A DNA stretch of 63,807 bases, the filler included, from Dugesia japonica (lineage: Eukaryota): NCBI GenBank assembly GCA_001938525.1. It is 6 parts of 6 records of this genome, joined end to end, with 100 filler letters (N's around TTAATTAATTAA, not from the genome) between each part and the next. Parts side by side here need not be neighbours in the genome. Positions count along the whole stretch, not along the records: positions 55,618 to 63,807 come from MQRL01648187.1; 5 more parts are not named here. The stretch is one strand, 5' to 3'. Below the pieces are notes generated by a model, which had not been told where the DNA came from, did not search any database, and saw only the letters and a list, made by a program, of their open reading frames with translations. The position numbers were made by a program, and so were the translations under genes. This document shows positions 63,039 to 63,807 of this stretch, piece after piece (position 1 is the stretch's first letter; every line of letters begins with the position of its first letter).

Positions 63039-63807
63039 AGTAGTGGGATACGTAAGCACTGCAAGATGACCCCCCCTCCCCGCCGCCGTCGATCATGCTG
63101 GTAATTGAAGTGCCAGTATGAATGAATTTTGATTGGTCGTTACGAATACGTGAAAAAACTTTTCGATTTCGAGTTGGAACGGTCGAACTTTAGCTCGGGA
63201 AGGTCGAAAATTCAAATTTTCGAAATCAATTTTTTCGGTCAATTTTTATTGTACAATTTAAATTTTGGTATTGTTGAACTACTAATTAAAATCTAAACAT
63301 TTTTTGTATAGGGGTTGCTATGTGAATATGCTTGGTTCTCTCAGAAAGGGTATGTCAGCACTGGCACTTTTGATCTTGATCCAAGAATTTATTAACCAAT
63401 ACTTATCCTATGGTTCTAGAAATGATAGCATTCAATTCAAAAAAAAATTCTGAACATATTTTGTACAGGGTTTGTTGTAAAAATATTTTTATTTCAAAAG
63501 ATAGAAAATGCCCGATTATCATGACCCTCCGAGGATAAAAGATCGAACTTTTTAAATACTAATGATAATCAAATAAATTTGATATGGATCTTCTTAGAAT
63601 TGAAAGCTGAACATTTTATGTATAGGGTTTGCTATGTAAATAGGCTTGGTTCTCTCAGAAAGGGTATGTCAGCACTGGCACTTTTGATCTTGATCCAAGA
63701 ATTTATTGACCAATACTTATCCTATGGATCTAGAAATGATAGCATTCAATTCAGAATAACATTCTGAACATATTTTGTACAGGGTTTGTTGTAAAAATAT
63801 TTTTAGT
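63039..63807 (+). mobile_element. Polinton-type left terminus with a 314-bp internal tandem duplication, running off the window
   Basis: Starts AGTAGTGGGATACG; inverted homologue of 24180-24881; cttggttctctcagaaaggg at 63331 and 63645. Confidence 0.7.

Overview
Very AT-rich, gap-riddled eukaryotic DNA. Five identical 100-bp spacers (N44-TTAATTAATTAA-N44) show the window is six artificially joined scaffolds (about 1-10063, 10164-23402, 23503-37232, 37333-45510, 45611-55517, 55618-63807). The (ATT)n tracts, 46-58-bp GT-AG introns and repeat content suggest an invertebrate such as a planarian; this is inference only. Almost everything is decayed mobile DNA: four ordinary Ty3/Gypsy remnants, a Penelope-like RT, several hAT transposase remnants and MITEs, and satellites. 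The notable items are: (1) a large Gypsy-like remnant (38250-42930, minus) with the C-terminal half of a chuvirus/herpes-gB-like class III envelope glycoprotein, a second aspartic protease after the Env transmembrane helix, and Cys-rich accessory ORFs; (2) relics of at least two Polinton/Maverick (adintovirus) lineages: an integrase-chromo/penton/core/hexon module between long inverted arms that carry an apparently spliced mini-gene, a hexon plus PLA2X fragment, and a pPolB C-terminus next to a Ulp1-like protease; (3) eight copies of an AGTAG...GCGCAC Polinton-type terminus; (4) a minimal type I hammerhead ribozyme at 6163-6199. Only one plausible intact host gene fragment is visible (55679-56356, minus, two exons). 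All protein family calls come from hand translation and motif recognition, not database searches.
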